Source: Zygnema circumcarinatum SAG 698-1b (Eukaryota > Plantae > Zygnematophyceae). Taken from it: DNA of 64,000 nucleotides. A program made the position numbers and the translations under genes. The stretch spans positions 620,001 to 684,000 of the forward strand of contig CM074812.1 of NCBI GenBank assembly GCA_037447605.1, written 5' to 3'. A model generated the notes under the pieces. The model was not told the origin of the DNA. It did not search any database and saw only the letters and a program-made list of their open reading frames with translations. Shown here in pieces: positions 48,381 through 60,322 of this stretch; the first letter of the stretch is position 1; each line of letters opens with the position of its first letter.

Positions 48381-50547
48381 CTATGCTTCAGCTTTTTTTT
48401 TTTTGTTTCCGTTTGACGCTGCTTTACTTCGTTGCAACGCTCCGCTGGTCTTTGAAGTGATCGCAAAAAGCAGAGCCAATTCTGCTTTAGAAGGCATCGC
48501 TCTCAGAAGAAGGCGCCTTAGTTTCGCCATTCTCTGCACTCGAGAAAAAAAAAAAAAAAAAAAAGGGACTTCTTTAGGAGCCTTGGGAGTAAGTTTGAAC
48601 TTGTGAATCTGACAGAAAGGAAGGAAATAAATAAAAACAAGAAAAACGACGCAGAGCTATTTAGCTGAAAAAGTAAGGCCTACCTTCGGAGCCGTGTGAG
48701 GCAGCAGAAAGGTCGTCGTCAGCAGCATCTTTTCCAGATGTTGTAAATAGTTTTCCAGCTCAGAAATACTCGCTGCTTCTTGCTCTCTGCCCTCCCTCTC
48801 TCCTTTACTTTCACTCTCCATATCACCCTCCCCTGATCTCTCCCCCTCACTCCCTTCCCCTCCCTCCTCCCCTTCCACAACTAAAGCTACATCTAATTGC
48901 TTCGTTTTCTTCAAAACTTCAACCTTTGGAGGGTTCATAGGGCTCACAATACTTCCTCCGCTACCGATCATCTCATCACCCCGGTTAACTGCAACTGAGT
49001 GGAGAGATTCGTGATTCTTAACTGCCTCAGTGTTCTCTCTCACCTCCTCCCTGAAGCCACTACACTCTACATGGCCTCCCAATTCTACTCTCTCTCTCTC
49101 TTCCCACCCTCTCCTTTCCGTAACAAGACTATGTGCTTCCTGAGAGAGCTGAAGGCAGAGAACAGCAACAGCATGGGAGAGGTTAATGGAGGGGCAAAGA
49201 GGGGAAGTGGGTATAGCAACAGTTCTCTGAGCATAGCTAAGTTCATCGTTGCTTAAACCGCTGTCTTCTCTTCCGAACAATACCGCAGCCCTCCCACTCC
49301 CACTCCCTCTCCCAGTCCCCCTCCGGTTGCTACCTCCCTCTCCCCCTCTCCCCAACTCTCCCTCCCCCCCTAATAGCCACCTAAGGCAGCTCTCCTCCTC
49401 CAGACGCACCCCTCCTACCATCTCGGAAGCTCGGCGTACCTCAACCGGCTCTCCTCTCCCACTACTACCACGATTCTTTTGAGTGAATCCATCCATAGAA
49501 TGACCTTCAACACTCGATGTCCCCTCCTGCTCATACATAACACCCAAATTTGAGTTCAATCCAGCCGAAATTTCTCTTCCGGCTGCTTCTGAAGACTCAG
49601 AAAAGTCCTGTACTGAATTCACAGGGATCGATTGAACCCGACTCTCTGTGTAAATCTTGTGTGAACCTTCATCTGTAGGAGGAGAAAGTCGGAGATGGGG
49701 ATGCCCCAAAACTTCGAGGGGGGGAAGAGGGGGCCCTCGGGGCCGACCAGAAGTCGCTAAAGTTCGAGTCACGCCTTCAAGAGCTTCAGAGAGGGTCTGT
49801 AACGGCCGCGCGTTGTCCAGAACTGAGCCTGCATGGCACGCCATTCTTCGGGCGTCCGGGCCTTGGAAGTCGATCGCGGATCCGCCTGACATCAGGAAGA
49901 AAGAAAAAAGAGTTATTAAGAATTTAAACAAACATATACAAAATTTGTGGGTTTTGTAATGATTAAAGGAGGCAACGTTTATGATTTCGTATCTGTATTG
50001 GAGAGGGAGAGGGAGTGGGAGAGGGAGAGGGAGAGGGAGGGAGAGGGAGAGGGAGAGGGAGAGGGAGAGGGGGAGAGAGAAAGGAGGTCCTACCCGGGCG
50101 CACGAGCACAAGGTCCTCGAGGCCGAAGTTAGCCATGGCGCGTGCCACCATCCCCACATTGAGCGCACCCTGTGGCTCCACCAACACTACGCGCACCCTC
50201 CTCAGGGCTTCCGCCACGTCCCAACGGAAGAGCTCCTCCTCTCCCTCCTCCCTCAGGGAGGCGCAAGGACCGCCCGCCCGCGTCCTGAACCCTCCGATAT
50301 TAGGGTTCTTACAGGCAGCAAGACTAGGGTTCAGGAGTGAGGGGTGTGGGGGTTGAGGGCGGTAGAGCGACTTGCAGAAAGACTGCGCCTGCACTCGCTT
50401 GAAAGAGAAGTTCATGGCGGAAGGGGCTCTCGGGCTAGGGTTAGGGTTAGGGTTATGGTTAGGGTTAGGGACAGGGTTAGGGTTAGGGTTCAAGGGGATA
50501 AAGGAAGAAGGAGCGGAGAGGTAAAAGGGGGAAACAGCCAAGGTCAT
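48381..50547 (-). CDS. trmJ: TrmJ/LasT-family SPOUT RNA 2'-O-methyltransferase, probably plastid-targeted; 3 exons (~50547-50093, ~49887-48684, ~48534-48381)
   Basis: VRVVLVEPQGALNVGMVARAMANFGLEDLVLVRP; ARRMACHAGSVL; AAVLFGREDSGLSNDEL; IPTSPLCPSINLSHAVAV; LLPHTAPKRMAKLRRLLLRA. An alternative start lies at ~50415. Confidence 0.88.
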
Positions 50548-50970
50548 GGCTTGACACGTGGCACGCGCCTACGCAGTGGGGAAGACGGTGGTTTAGGGTG
50601 GCAAGTTCGAGAAAGGGTTTTGCACGTTGGAAATTCAAGAGGTTCAGGGTTCAGGCTCAGGGGTTTAGGGGTTGTTAGGGGTTTGAGGGTTTTAGGGTTT
50701 TCAGGGTTTTAAAGTTTTTTAGGGTTGGATGATTTTAGGGTTTTGGGGTTCGAGACAGGGCTCCAGAGTTAGGGTTCAGGGTCAGGGTACTTTTAGGGTT
50801 TTGAGGGTTTGAAGGTTCGAGACAGGGTCAGGGATTAAGAGGCAGGGTTCAGGGTCAGGTTATTTTTAGGGTTTTGAGGGTTTTAGGGTTTGAAGGTTCG
50901 AGACAGGGTCAGGGCTGAAGAGGTAGGGTTCAGGGTCAGGGTAAGAGTCAGGGTTTGAGGGTTTAGGGGT
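50430..50970. repeat. Telobox/telomere-like repeats (TTAGGG, TTTAGGG, TCAGGG) around the TrmJ 5' end, including three ~65-70 bp units containing GGTTCGAGACAGGG
   Basis: Read directly; the repeats read as AAACCCTA/TAACCC on the TrmJ sense strand. Confidence 0.8.
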
Positions 50971-51696
50971 CTAGAGTAGAGTTGGGGGCCCAGTTTTGGG
51001 GATTCTTGGTTCATTTGAAGGCGCATCTTGGGACGCGTTTTCTGTTTCAAGGGTTTGGCGAAATTTGCTTGACGGATTTCAGAACTAGCAACTTCATGTG
51101 TCATGTTTGGCGATTTCACGCATTTGAGAACATGGAGATCGCCCAACAACGGAACATTCGGATGATGACGCGTGTCCACGAGCAGCACAAAATTTGTTCG
51201 CCTGCCATGGAAATGTCGTTGTTTGCTCTAGTGATAATGTTGCGCATGTTCCTAGTTATGCCTTGTGTTTCCCATGACATCTCCATTACTAACATTGCCC
51301 TTTTTGATACACTTTGGATGGTGTTCTCCGTTGAGATGAGACCCATGCCGACTCATGTCCCATTCCACGTTCCATTCATTCTTTCTATTGGAAAAAATGG
51401 ATGTGACATTGATCTCACGATGGCGATGACGCCATCAATTGTACATGGACAAAATCAGCAGCATGGGGAACCACGAGGAAACTGGTCGCAAAGGACCTAA
51501 GGACAAAAGAAAACAGCTAGAAGCCTTAGGGCTGCGTTGTTCTATTGGAAACTATAAATTAGTCGAGCATCGTCCAATGGCAACTCGCCACGTGCACAGT
51601 TTTGAGCGGATGTGAGAGAATGTAGAAAGGACCCCCACACATCCGCATGTTGCACAACTTGCACAAGAGTGGACCCATGCTTTAGCAACCAAAGCT

Positions 51697-51843
51697 GCCA
51701 ACCATTGCCAATGGTTGCAGCCGTTGGATGCCAATGGTTGGCCTCTGAATGGCAATGGTTCGTTGGACGTCTAATGGCTCGCAACCATCGGAATGGCTGG
51801 CAACCATTGCTATCCAACGGTTGCGACCATTGAAGTGGTTGCC
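51697..51843. repeat. Imperfect fold-back (arms ~51697-51743 and ~51799-51843) built of CAACCATTG/CAATGGTTG units
   Basis: The reverse complement of the right arm aligns to the left arm at roughly 80% by eye. Related sequence occurs at ~60408-60450. Confidence 0.65.
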
Positions 51844-52272
51844 ACCCATTGGCAATGGCTACCAACAGTTGGTTTGCCAATGCTTGTCGATCCAAGTGCC
51901 AACCAGATTTCGTCCCAACGGTCTTTTCCCGCTTTTGTCCGCATGCAGAGCATGTCGGTGCCGTACACATTTCGTACATCCCCAGATATTCCCCCTGCCC
52001 GGAGATATTCACGCGTGTGACCAGCTCTCCCATTGGCTCTCGTCAACCCGCCAAATCTCCGAGCGTGCCACGTGGCGCTGACTCGCCTCCAGAAACCCCG
52101 GAACGCCACAGGAGCTGACACGTGGTGCCCCTCACCTTAAACCCAGCTAAAGCATTTTTCAGTCCCCTTCTGGTCCCCCATCTCCCCTCTACCAAAACCC
52201 TAAACCCTAATTTGGGAGGCTGACTCTGAACCCCAATCAGTCGCCAGAGTCGGACCAGAGAGAGAGGAGGCT

Positions 52273-55200
52273 ATGGCGTCCGCCGTCCTGCCGTCGCCGA
52301 GAACGGAACTATTTGCAAACCCTAATTTCTCTACGGCGACCATAGAACCCCTCCACCGCGGCTGCTTCTTGTCCACGCACTCCCGGAAGCTGGTACTACT
52401 GGACATTCCTCGCAAATGGAACCCTAACCGGCGATCCATGTCGAAACGCTGTTCCGTGAAGGCCAGCGGAACGGAGCCCGCAGGGAACAAGGCGGCAGGC
52501 GTGGCCAGAGAGCAGCCGGTCGCCGGAGTCGCTCCGCCGGACGACCTTTTCCATGTGGTTACAACCAGTAAAGACCGCAGTTTCGACATAGATTACCTCG
52601 GGGAGAGCACGAAGGGCGACATGAAGATTCAGCGCACCTTCGCGGACGCGTTTGGTGAGCTGCCGGCGGTTTGGGCTGCATTTGGAACTGTCACATTCAG
52701 CCTCAATGCAGGGTTAGGATCAGGGTTAGGGTTAGGGTGAGGATTAGTTGTTAGGGTTAGGGTTAGGGTTAGGATTAGGGTTAGGGCTAGGGTTAGGGTT
52801 AGGGACAGGGTTAGGGTTATGGTTAGGGTTAGGGACAGGGTTAGGGTGAGGGTGAGGTTTAGGGACAGGGTTAGGGTTAGGGTTAGGATTAGGGTTAAGG
52901 TCAGAGTTAGGGTCAGGGTTAGTGTTAGGGTTAGGGTTAGGGTTAGGGTTAGGGTTAGGGTCAGGGTTAGGGTCAGGGTTAGAGTTAAGGTTAGGGTTAG
53001 GGTTAGGGTTAGGGTTAGGGTTAGGGTTAGGGTTAGGGTCAGGGTTAGGGTCAGGGTTAGGGTTAGGGTTAGGGTTAGGGTTAGGGTTAGGGTTAGGGTT
53101 AGGGTTAGGGTTAGGGTTAGGGTTAGGGTTAGGGTTAGGGTTAGGGTTAGGGTTAGGGTAAGGGTTAGGGTTAGGGTTAGGGTTAGGGTTAGGGTTAGGA
53201 TTAGGGTTAGGATTAGGGTTAGGATTAGCGTTAGCGTTAGGGTTAGGGTTAGGGCTAGGGTTAGGGTTAGGGTTAGGGTCAGTTTCAAGGTTAGGATTCA
53301 TGAGTAAGGGGGTGAATTGCAGGTGCTGCTTGAATGAAGTATCTTCAAACTGTCCTCTCAACGTTACTTTTTGGAGGGGAGCTGCAGATGAGATGGAGAC
53401 TCAGCCGGACCTTGGAAAGCCCATCATGGAAGTCGCCCGGGCGGAGGCGAAGGAAGCAGACTCTCTCCTGCAGCAGCTCGACGTTCCGGTCAGTGCTTAT
53501 TCAGATTTCAGAGGCAAAGGAATAAAAAAATAAAAGTATAAAAAAAACGATTTTGTGGGTTACGCGCAACTTGTGTACATGCATTATAATCCGTATCAGC
53601 TAACAAAACTATTGCATTCTTAGCGCTGCTGTTTTACGCGTTCACTTGTCCCATCTTGAAACGACAGCCGCAAGCGCTTTCTATGCTTCCGTCATAACGT
53701 TAACCCTAACAGTGTTCCATGTGCCGCATTCCGTTGTGCAGGCGTGCTTCCCCCATGGATTGGCCGCGCGAGGCATCTTTTGCAGCAGAACTTTGAACCT
53801 TCGCTCCATCACAACGATCGGCTACGACATGGACTACACGCTCATTCACTACAATGTGAACGTGAGGTTGGCATGCACCGACCTCGGCTTGGAGGGCATT
53901 CCATGTTTTCCGTACAACTGCACGCAACTGCAACTGCATGGAACCTGCACTTGTTGAACCTGTAACTTATGAAAGTGTGACTGCCTGGTTCAGGGCTTTG
54001 GCTGAATGTGTGGGATTGTAATGAAAGTGGTATATCGTTTTTTTGGGGGTGAGATTGATGACTTTTTTTTTCAGCTGGGAAATGAAAGGATTTGCAGGTT
54101 GCTGATAGGGAAAAAAGAAAAAGAGAAAGTGACATTCAGTGGCTGACTTTGGCTGAAATTGTTCTTTTTTTTTTTGACAATAACGTAGCAGTAGCTGGAT
54201 GAAATTCTTCTCTTCATGCCCCCACCGTGGTATTAGAAAAGAAAGAATTCAATTTCATGTTCAGGTCTCAAGATGTTCCCCTCTCCCTCCACCCTTCTCG
54301 TCCCTCCCCTTCTCCCTCTCCCTCTCCTTAACCCCCTCTCTTCCCTCTCCCTCTCGCCCTCCTCCTACCTCACCCTTTCTCTCTGCCTTCCCCACTTCCT
54401 TCCCTCTCCTTCTCTCCCTCCTTCTCCCTTTCCCCCTTATTCTCCCTCTCTCCCCCCACTAGCTCTAAAATATTGCTTTTCTTTTTGGTTCTCTGATTTT
54501 CTCGGCAGGCTTGGGAAGGACGCGCTTACGAATATTCGAAAGAAAATTTGAGGTCAAAAGGTTACCCGGTCGACGAGCTAAAATTTGACCCCGATCTTGT
54601 GAGTAAAATAAATTTGTTCTTTAAAATTGTCCTTAATTGTAAATGAAATCAAGTGTGACGTGGGACCAACATGGAACCACAAATTGTGATATGGCGTCGA
54701 GCTTTTATTTCTTTTTTGGAGAGATGTGGAAGATGTGAGTGTGAGGAGTTAAATTAAAGAGCTTTCTTGACGGTATATATGGATGATTTTTTTATTGTAT
54801 GGGCAGGTGATTCGGGGACTTATTATGGACAAAGAAAACGGAAACTTGGTGAAGGCGGATCGGTTTGGCTATGTGAAGAGGGCCATGCACGGCACAAAAA
54901 TGCTCTCTAACAGACAAATCAGGTCAGCTGCAGCTTGGAGAGTGGGGAAGAGAGAGAGGGGAGGAGAGAGTGGGGAGGAGGGGGAGGAAGAGCGGGAGGG
55001 AAGGAGGAGGGGCGAGGGGATGGGGAGAGGGAGGGGAAGGGAGGGGTGAGGAGGGGGGAGAGCAGGGAGAGGGGGAAGAAGGTGGGGAGGGAAAGGAGGG
55101 AGAAGGGGAGAAGGGGGCTGGGGAGGGAGGGGAAGGAGGAAGGTGGGGGAAAGAGCGGGGAGAGGGGGAGGGAGAGGGCGTGGGGGAAGGGGCCGGGGAG

Positions 55201-58200
55201 GAGGAGAGGGAAGGGGAGGGGAGGGGGAGGGGGAGGGGATGGAAGGGGGAGGAGTGAAAAGGGGGAACGAGAGAGAGAGGGAGAGAAACCTCTCTTCTAT
55301 GCAGTGTCTCTGCACTGCGCTCTCCTCCTCCTCCCCTCTTTAACATGGTAATATTGGAGCAGCCGACTGTACGGGAGAGAGCTGGTGGATCTGCGCAATG
55401 AGGGGCGATGGGAGTTTCTGAACACTCTCTTCAGCGTCAGCGAGGCAGTCATGTACATGCAGGTGAAGCCGTACAGGGGGGGTTGGGGTTTTGGGGGTTT
55501 TGGGGCTTCGAATTTTAGGATTTGGGATGTTGGGTGTTGCAGATTTGGGTTTTTAGGGTGGTGTGTTTTCGGGGCTTGTGATTTTGGGTTTTTTTTTTTT
55601 GTTTTCTAAACATATATTGTGGTTTTTGTGTATGGGTGGATGGGAGTGCAGATGGTGGAGCAGTTAGATGCCGGCCGGCTTCCTGCTGAGGTGCCTCCGG
55701 GGGATTATAAGACTCTGCATAAGGTGAGCAGCATGAGAGGGGGGGAAGAGAAGGGAGGGAAAGAGGAGAGAGAGGGTGAGGGGGCTGGGAGAAATCTATT
55801 TGAAGCGGAAGGACACTCTTTTTTTAGGGGGAAACGGCTAAGGAACAGCGTGTGTTTATAAGGTCTGGTAAGTTGATTATTGGTATTGATTGGTTCGATG
55901 AACGAAATTAGTTGAACAAAAAAGAAGAAAAAAACCAAAAAGGAGAAGGCGTATCTTGTGTTGCAGATAGTGGGAGGGAGGGAGATGCAGGGAGAGGGAG
56001 GGAGATGCAGGGAGAGGGAGGGAGATGCAGGGAGAGGGAGGGAGATGCAGGGAGAGGGAGGGAGATGCAGGGAGAGGGAGGGAGATGCAGGGAGAGAGGG
56101 GGAGATGCAGGGAGAGGGAAGGAGTTGCAGGGAAAGAGAGGGAGATGCAGGGAGTGGGAAAGGTAATGTGCAGAGGGGGGGACGGGATTTTGGTATGGAA
56201 AGAGGGAGAGAGCATGTGGACTGATCCATGGGGCGTTCCATGCAGGTGGTGGCACGTGCTCTGTTCCGTGCACATGTGGAAGGCCAACTGAAGGTGGGCT
56301 GCTTCTTCTCGCCATGCATTGGAGGCAGGGAAGGAGAGGGAGAGGGCGAAAGAGGTGAAGGAGTGAACGAGAGTGTAGAAAGTGAGGGAGAGAGGGGGGC
56401 AGAGTGGGAGGAGTGAGGGAGAGAGATGGAGGGAGATGGAGTAGGTAGGCGGAGAAGAGTGGGATAGACAGTTAGGAAGAGACAAACAAAGAGGTATCAA
56501 CAGAAAGAAACAGGGAGAATAAGTAAGAAGGACTATGGAAGGGATAGAGAGAGAGAGATAGATGAGGTAGATGTGCGAGAGAGGCGTGATAGGAGAGAGG
56601 CGTGATAGGAGAGAGGATGGGTGGGAGAGTTGAAAAGGGAGGGAGGGATGGAGAGAAAAGCAGCGACTGATGTAAGGGTATTCCTTGCAGGCCGAAATAG
56701 TGAATGAACCGGATAGATTTGTGGAGTTGGACCCCGAGCTTCCTCTAACTCTACTGGACCAGAAAGAGGTGAGCCATGCAAAAATTTAACAATTGAAACA
56801 ATTCAATCTCCCAAATTGACTCTTTCTTGCAATGCCCAAGTTGTTCAAATGGTGCAGTTGTTCAAGAAACACGGTTGTTCAAATAATACGGTTTAAGGAT
56901 GTTAAGCTTTGTGGGGCTCAAACGTGTGTGTAAATGTGAGAGCATTTGGAGAGTGGAATTGGAGTGGAGCTTTGTGTGGTTAAGAAAGCAAACGGTTTAA
57001 TTCCTTTTTATAAAAAGAGCAGGAAATATGTATTTCTGATAGGCTTCTCTGAAAGCAAGTTCGTGGTCGGTGGGCAGGCGGGAAAGAGGCTCCTTTTGAT
57101 CACAAATTCGGACTACCACTACACCCATAAAATGATGCAGCATTCCTTCGATCGCTTCCTCCCCAACGGAATGGGATGGAGAAAGTTGTTTGACATGGTC
57201 AGCTCCCTCTCCTCTCACACTTTCCTTCTTTCCTTACTAAACTCAGCATCATCTCTTCTCGCTTTTCGCCATTCCTGCTCCAGTTTAGCTCAAGTTCTCA
57301 TTCAATTCTCATCCCTATGTCGAATTCTTCCTCTTGCTCACCTCCACCTTCACCTCTCCTTTCCTTCTCCTCTCCTCCTCCCCCACCTCTCGCTCCTCTC
57401 CCTCTCCTCCTCCACCCTCTCCCTCGCAGGTGATCGTATCGGCTCGCAAGCCCGAGTTCTTCCAAATGAACCACCCTCTCTACGAGATCGTGACCGAGGA
57501 CGGTCTCATGCGGCCCTGCTTCAAGGCCCGCCCAGGTCCCATTTCTCTTCCCAATACAAACATGACGTCACATGACGTGACATAACGTAACGTGACGTGA
57601 CGTGACGTGACATGACATGACATGACATGACATGAGATGTCATGACATGACAAGACATGAGATAACGCAACATAACATGGAATGCCATGAGGTGACGATG
57701 TGTTGAAATTTGAGAGGCGTGACGTGACCTGATGTGAGGTAACATGAGACGTGACGTGATGTTGTAACATGCGATGAGATGATGTGGCATGATGTCGTGG
57801 TGCATCGCGACCTGTGTGGGGGAGGAGGCAGCTGAGAGTGGGAGAGGGAGAGGGAGTGGGAGGGAGCAGGGGGGCTGTACTGTGGCGGGAGTGCCCAGAT
57901 GGTGGAGAAGGCTTTAGGGTTTCAGGGCGACGAGACGCTCTATGTGGGCGACCACATCTACACGGATGTGAGCCAATCCAAGGTGCATCTGCGTTGGCGC
58001 ACAGCGCTAATCTGTCGGGAGCTCGAGCGTGAGGTACGGCGCTCCATGTGCCGGTGCTCCGTTCCGTTCCGTTCTGTTCCGTTCTGTTCAATGGATTCAC
58101 AATTCATAGACGTTTTGTTCGGAATGGGAAGGCGCGAGCAGGGGGGGGAAAGGTTGTTGAGGGTAAGAGCAGCCGGAAGTGTGAGTGGAGAGAGAGAGAG

Positions 58201-59373
58201 AGAGTGACAGTAGCTGTGTGGAGTAAATTTAGACACGAATAAGAAAATGGGGCACATCAATTTAAGACAAAGCAGGTGAATAAGCAGATTGCTAAGTACA
58301 GTCAAAACCTCGATCGGTTGGAAACCCTAAATTTTAAAAGCTTGAAAGGTTTGACTCTGTGTTGCAGGTTGAGGCCTTGGCCTATGGGAGAGACCACAGG
58401 GAGAGGCTGATCGAGCTGATCAATCAGAAGGAGGGAGTGGGAGACACCTTCAATCAGCTCCGCCTCGCTCTGCAACGCCGCCAAGCATCCCGCCCGGCTC
58501 AGGTGCGTTCTACTTATGTCACTTTATTTTTATTGATCTTTATTTGCAAAAAGAACATACAAAACAACATGACTATATCTTCGTAGTTTGGTCCTTCACG
58601 ACACAGCTCAATTATCCCTCTCTCTCTCCCCCCCCCTGTCTCTTCCCGCCACTCTTTCCCCCGATCTCTCTCTCCCCCTCTCTCTCCTCCTATTTCTGCC
58701 CCCCTCTCTCTCTTTCCCCCGATCTCTCTCTCCCCCTCTCTCTCCTCCTATTTCTGCCCCCCTCTCTCTCTTTCCCCCGATCTCTCTCTCCCCCTCTCTC
58801 TCCTCCTATTTCTGCCCCCCTCTCTCTCCCACTCTTTCTCTCCCCCGCCCTCACTTGCCCCCCCTCTCTCTCTCCCCGCCCCTCCCTCTCCCTCCATTCT
58901 TCCGCAGACCCTTGGATTCACGGAGATGAGCGATAAGGAGCTGACCGCCTCTATGCAGCGCATGCTCCTCCTCATGGAGAGAATGGACCAACAGATCGCG
59001 CCGATGCTTGAGGAGGACGGCCGGGACTTCAACACAAGGTGATGGAGGGGGGCGGGGAGTGATGTAGAGGGAGCGGTAGGTGATGTAAAGGGGGCGGGGG
59101 ATGATGGGGCGGGGAGTGATGCGGAGAGGGCTGATGATGTAGAAGGGAGAAGTGATCTAGGGGTGCAGATGGTTTAGGGTTTCAAAGGTGTTTCTGTTCG
59201 ATTCGGTTTTTTTTTCATCGTGGATTTTCCTACTGGAATCTCTCTCTTTCTCTGAAAGTCCTTTTTTGCTCCTCGAAGCTAAAGGGAAGTACTTCTCAGA
59301 GGAGCAGTTATAGGTCGGATACAGGAGATTGTTGTTTTTTGGATCGAGATGGGTGACTGGGAGGATGTCCTTC

Positions 59374-59454
<81 letters not shown>

Positions 59455-60322
59455 TCTCTCTCGGTCTCTCTCTATTAGCAAGTCAGGCTTTTTGATTACG
59501 AGCTTTTGCTGCATCCGAGTGCAGGTGGGGGTACCTCTCCCGCTCGGGACTGTGGGACAAAAGTCATCTCACTCGCCAGATTGAAAAGTTCGTCCTTTAA
59601 ACCGACTCGCCCTCTCCATGCTGCTTTGTTTCCTTTTCCATTTCGATTCTTTCGTTTATAACTTTACACATTTAGGCCTATGTTAAAAATATTTTTTTCG
59701 TATTGTCGGTCCTTACGATAAGGTTGGTTGGCTAGTTTAGAGGAGTTCTTCCAGATTGGTTGAGCTAACCATCTTATGCGTGAAAGGTGGTGACTAAACT
59801 AAACTACAAGTGCTGCTTTCTTATCTTATCTTTTTACCCCTTCTGCATATTAGCTTGTTGCTGCAAAAGCATCTCAGGGTTTTCAGGATGAACTCGAGTA
59901 TGGTTGACATGTTCCATGAGTTGCTCGCTCCGTTAACGAGCATGGAACCGCCTGTTCCTTTCCGTCATGTCTTTGCAGATATGCGGACATCTACACATCA
60001 CGGGTGTCCAACTTTTTGAGATATACTCCTTTCATGTACTTCCGCTCACAAGCGCAGGTACTGATTTTTTTTTTTTTTCTGCTTTTATTTGACTTTCTTT
60101 TTATTGTTGCTATCTATTTTCTTTCTCTCTTTCTTTCGTTCTTTATTTATATTTGATTTTTGGAGTTCTCCGCAGTCTCTGGCTCACGATCGGAGTGCCA
60201 CGTGGCCGGAATCGAGCACTCCGGTGTCCCCCCCTCCCCCTGAGCTCCGATTGGTCGCCGAAGAGGAGGCGACTGAGCGTGCACATGCCGTCAGTTCCGT
60301 TGCGGAGGTGCAACGGAACTGA
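52273..60322 (+). CDS. cN-II/NT5C2-type HAD 5'-nucleotidase (subfamily IG) with plastid transit peptide, ~18 exons
   Basis: [27 protein letters not shown] (HAD motif I), [101 protein letters not shown]. Confidence 0.93.
52711..53297 (+). repeat. Interstitial telomeric array (TTAGGG)n, ~95-100 units, in intron 1 of the 5'-nucleotidase
   Basis: Read directly. Variant units (TCAGGG, ACAGGG, TTAGGA) cluster towards the edges. The intron runs 52655-53387. Confidence 0.97.
55975..56155 (+). repeat. 20-bp minisatellite GGAGATGCAGGGAGAGGGAG, ~9 copies, intronic
   Basis: Read directly. Confidence 0.92.
57560..57795 (+). repeat. Degenerate pentamer array (CATGA/CGTGA)n, intronic
   Basis: Read directly. 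Confidence 0.85.
58655..58830 (+). repeat. ~58-bp pyrimidine-rich tandem repeat, ~3 copies, intronic
   Basis: CCCCGATCTCTCTCTCCCCCTCTCTCTCCTCCTATTTCTGCCCCCCTCTCTC recurs. Confidence 0.8.

Noticed and set aside
46819-48606. ORFs 46819-47052, 47959-48606 and similar (also 50982-51500, 51542-52033)
   Set aside because: No recognisable domains; they overlap repeat fragments or are antisense to the last TrmJ exon.
52629-53361. Long ORFs reading LTLT, NPNP, VRVR or LGLG
   Set aside because: Translations of the TTAGGG array inside an intron.
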